DNA from: Candidatus Sericytochromatia bacterium
GTDB taxonomy: Bacteria; Cyanobacteriota; Sericytochromatia; S15B-MN24; JAQBPE01
Length of the DNA stretch: 64,000 nt
Direction of reading: 5' to 3'
Assembly (NCBI GenBank): GCA_040400605.1
Contig: JBBAPZ010000001.1
Span: 83,290-147,289, forward strand
The notes beneath the pieces were generated by a model that was not told the DNA's origin, ran no database searches, and was given only the letters and a program-made list of their open reading frames with translations. This document shows, one piece after another, positions 61,619 through 64,000 of the stretch; within the stretch, counting starts at the first letter, position 1, and every line of letters begins with the position of its first letter. The position numbers were made by a program, and so were the translations under genes.

Positions 61619-62038
61619 ATGTTTAAATCCTCTCAGGAAGCCCGTGAAAATTTTCTCGCTGAGATTGGTGCGGGTTATTTTGGGGAGTATTTGATTTCCC
61701 AGGGCCTCGTGACGCGCGATCAACTGGAGCGGGGTTTGACGAAACAACGCGGGTTGAGCGCCCATCTCAAGATTGGCGAGTTGCTGGTCAAAGAAGGTTC
61801 ACTGGACGCACGGGCGTTGGTTCAGGCACTCAGACAGTACAAAGCGGGTCTGAGAATTGGAGAGTTGTTGATCCATCAAGGCGACATCGGTTTCATTCAA
61901 TTGTTGGAAGCCTTGGATTATCAGCAGTTGCATGGGGTTCAATTGGGTGAGGCGTTAATTCGCCTCGGTTATTGTCGCTTGGACCAAATCAGCGAAGTCA
62001 TTGAGTTGCAAGCATCGTTAAATGAGCCGCAGAGTTGA
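61619..62038 (+). CDS. Stand-alone tandem MshEN (c-di-GMP-binding-type) protein
   Basis: Four copies of the (R/K)(L/I)GExLxxxGxhxxxxLxxALxxQ-like motif. Confidence 0.85.
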   Translation: MFKSSQEARENFLAEIGAGYFGEYLISQGLVTRDQLERGLTKQRGLSAHLKIGELLVKEGSLDARALVQALRQYKAGLRIGELLIHQGDIGFIQLLEALDYQQLHGVQLGEALIRLGYCRLDQISEVIELQASLNEPQS

Positions 62039-62095
62039 CGAGCCCAGTTGGTTGTGGGTGGTTATATTGGCCCCTTGTCATCGGGAAATTGATGA

Positions 62096-63178
62096 TCACC
62101 CCCGATCGTTAAGGGCAATCTGAAGGGTATCAAGGAGGGTATCGGTTGTCACCGGAAACACGTTCGGATTCCGGGCGTGGCGGTGAAGCCAACCTGCGAT
62201 GATTTGAATGTCATCAAAATCTTCGGCGCTGACAAGGATGCCAGGGGGTGGTTCGGCGAGTATTTGCCGAAGGGTTTCCGTGACGGTGGGCAGATCCTGT
62301 ATTTTGAATAAGTGATTGGCAAAACACGGTCTTCCGCGCCGAATGAGGTAAAGGGCTTGACAGTGGATGTCGCGGCTCGGCAAAACGACCAGCAGATTTT
62401 CTTCAAGTAAGGCTGTGCCCCAAATGGCACGATGTTGTTGCCATTTTTCGAGGAGGCGGATGCGATCCCGCAAAATGGCCGCGCGCTCAAAGGCTTGCCT
62501 CGCAGCTGCGTCTTGCATCTGGGTGTGTAGCGTGTCAATGTGCGTGCGCGTGACACCATTCAGAAACGCGAGCAGGTCATCAATGTTTTTCAGGTATCGC
62601 GTTTCATCGATTCGATTTTCACAGGGTGCCGGGCAGCGGCCAATTCCGTATTCAATGCAGTGGCGCTTTGGCAGCGGGTGGCAATGGCGATAGGGCGTGA
62701 GCGTGCGCAATATGTCGAGGATGGCACGCAAGGCCTGTTCACTACGAAAAGGTCCGACATACCGGGAACCATCGTCGAGAAGCTGATAGGTGATGACAAC
62801 CCGCGGAAAGGATTCGTCGACAATTTTTAAAAAAGGAATGTGACGGCTGCGCCGCCCGCGAACATTATAGGGCGGCAGATGGGCTTTAATGAGCCTGGCT
62901 TCAGTCAAAGCCGCTTCGAGATCGGAACCGCACGGTTGCACCGCTACCCGCGTGGCCTCCAGACGAATTCTTGCAGTGCGGGCACTATGGCCCCCGCGTT
63001 CGCGGAAATAACTTTTGACGCGCTGACGCAGGTTGACCGATTGACCGATATATAACAGGCGCTCAGCGTCGTAAAAAAAATAAACCCCCGGGCTTGCGGG
63101 CAGATTGCTCAGGTCTTCCAATAACACGGGGCTTCCTAAAACTCTGAGAAACGACGCACACCGGTTACATGGTATCAA
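62096..63178 (-). CDS. GIY-YIG nuclease, Cho-like / UvrC N-terminal half
   Basis: PGVY...YIGQS.NLRQRV.SYF, PPYN, CIEYGIGRC.APC and UVR domain (FERAAILRD); no RNase H-like or HhH part. True start is probably near 63122. Confidence 0.88.
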   Translation of the reverse strand: MIPCNRCASFLRVLGSPVLLEDLSNLPASPGVYFFYDAERLLYIGQSVNLRQRVKSYFRERGGHSARTARIRLEATRVAVQPCGSDLEAALTEARLIKAHLPPYNVRGRRSRHIPFLKIVDESFPRVVITYQLLDDGSRYVGPFRSEQALRAILDILRTLTPYRHCHPLPKRHCIEYGIGRCPAPCENRIDETRYLKNIDDLLAFLNGVTRTHIDTLHTQMQDAAARQAFERAAILRDRIRLLEKWQQHRAIWGTALLEENLLVVLPSRDIHCQALYLIRRGRPCFANHLFKIQDLPTVTETLRQILAEPPPGILVSAEDFDDIQIIAGWLHRHARNPNVFPVTTDTLLDTLQIALNDRG

Positions 63179-63246
63179 AAAATTCGGTTAAATCGCGAGG
63201 CTGGAACGATACACGTTCGCGCGCCGCTTTGATACAATCCCGACAC

Positions 63247-63927
63247 ATGAGCAAATGTAAGCGACACAAGCGATGGGGTGTCATGATCGTGATTCTCGGT
63301 GTGGGGTGGGGGTGCTTGACACACAGTCCGGCCAGCGCCCATTATGCCGTCGATTATGGTGATTCGCTGAGCATCACGGTAAAAAATGCATCGCAGTTTG
63401 ATTACGTAGGCCCCATTCGACCCGATGGTCACATCAGTATTCCCTATGTCGGTGAATTGAATGTTTTGGGTTTGAGCACCGAGGCCATTCGTGAGCGCGT
63501 GAGACTGGCCTTGGGATCAAGTTGGCGTCGCGCGGACGTCAGCGTGGTGGTTACGGCGTTTCGGCCACGGACGGTTTTTCTTTTTGGCGAAGTGGTTAAG
63601 CCGGGTGTTGTTGAACTATCACGCCCGAATGTGACCGTGCTGGATGCCGTCAGTCAAGCGGCGGGTTTTACCGATCGCGCGGCCAAAGCGAATGTCGTTT
63701 TGTATCGTGGCGTTGGTGATAATGCCAAGAAGTATCCAATCAACGCGGAAAAGATGCTCAACACCGGTGACTTCACGGACAACCTGACGGTGCAGGACGG
63801 TGATCGCATCCAGGTGCCAGCGGTTTGGTACCCTGACTTTCGTGCCATTTCCGGCAACTTGACACCGGTGTTGTCGATCCTCACAGCGCTTGTCGTCGTG
63901 TTCAACATGGTCGACCGCACCAATTGA
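63247..63927 (+). CDS. Polysaccharide export protein (Poly_export + SLBB; Wza/GumB-like)
   Basis: YGDSLSITV, IRPDGHISIPYVG, VFLFGEVVKPG, AAGFTDRA and DGDRIQVP. Confidence 0.9.
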   Translation: MSKCKRHKRWGVMIVILGVGWGCLTHSPASAHYAVDYGDSLSITVKNASQFDYVGPIRPDGHISIPYVGELNVLGLSTEAIRERVRLALGSSWRRADVSVVVTAFRPRTVFLFGEVVKPGVVELSRPNVTVLDAVSQAAGFTDRAAKANVVLYRGVGDNAKKYPINAEKMLNTGDFTDNLTVQDGDRIQVPAVWYPDFRAISGNLTPVLSILTALVVVFNMVDRTN

Positions 63928-64000
63928 AAACTGACGCAGCGGCAGCTCGCAAAAACGTGTGTAGCCAGTGCAAACCTATCAGGCACGCACAGGCGGACAG

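Noticed and set aside
1..64000. CRISPR array, transposase, prophage, rRNA
   Set aside because: No regularly spaced repeats or recognisable protein/RNA motifs found by inspection.

Overview
Bacterial chromosomal window of mostly housekeeping genes, roughly 55-58% GC by eye. The organism is diderm (secretin, Wza-like protein). It is most plausibly a non-photosynthetic relative of Cyanobacteria such as Sericytochromatia; this is inferred from a cyanobacterial-type RecG N-terminus together with rny-ymdB-spoVS and an alpha2-type GlyRS. Gene order: recG (partial), mnmA, comEC, comEA, glcFED, a frameshifted lipase remnant, a CxxCH lipoprotein, a partial peptide ABC system, an M14 carboxypeptidase, rny-ymdB-spoVS, glyQS, and a type IV pilus cluster (pilin, pilH, pilI, pilG-like, pilD, pilMNOPQ). 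Directly upstream of the pilus cluster lies a signalling cassette (MshEN-like protein, PP2C, FHA, Ser/Thr kinase-NHL). The window continues with gyrA, a GT-C glycosyltransferase, a DinG helicase, a beta-barrel-SppA fusion, thrB-lysC, tRNA-Ala, an AT3-AlgX/J acyltransferase fusion, an OPT transporter, a GAF-GGDEF protein, trxA, tRNA-Arg, ansA, clpP, ABC-F, a stand-alone FlhA-C (FHIPEP) protein paired with a tandem-MshEN protein, a Cho-like nuclease and a Wza-like protein. The most notable observations are: (1) at least 30 copies of the cyanobacterial HIP1 palindrome GCGATCGC, found in all three reading frames; (2) the membrane-less FHIPEP + MshEN gene pair and the kinase cassette feeding the pilus operon; (3) two long structured intergenic regions, upstream of rny and upstream of the diguanylate cyclase. 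No CRISPR array, transposase, integrase or rRNA was seen.
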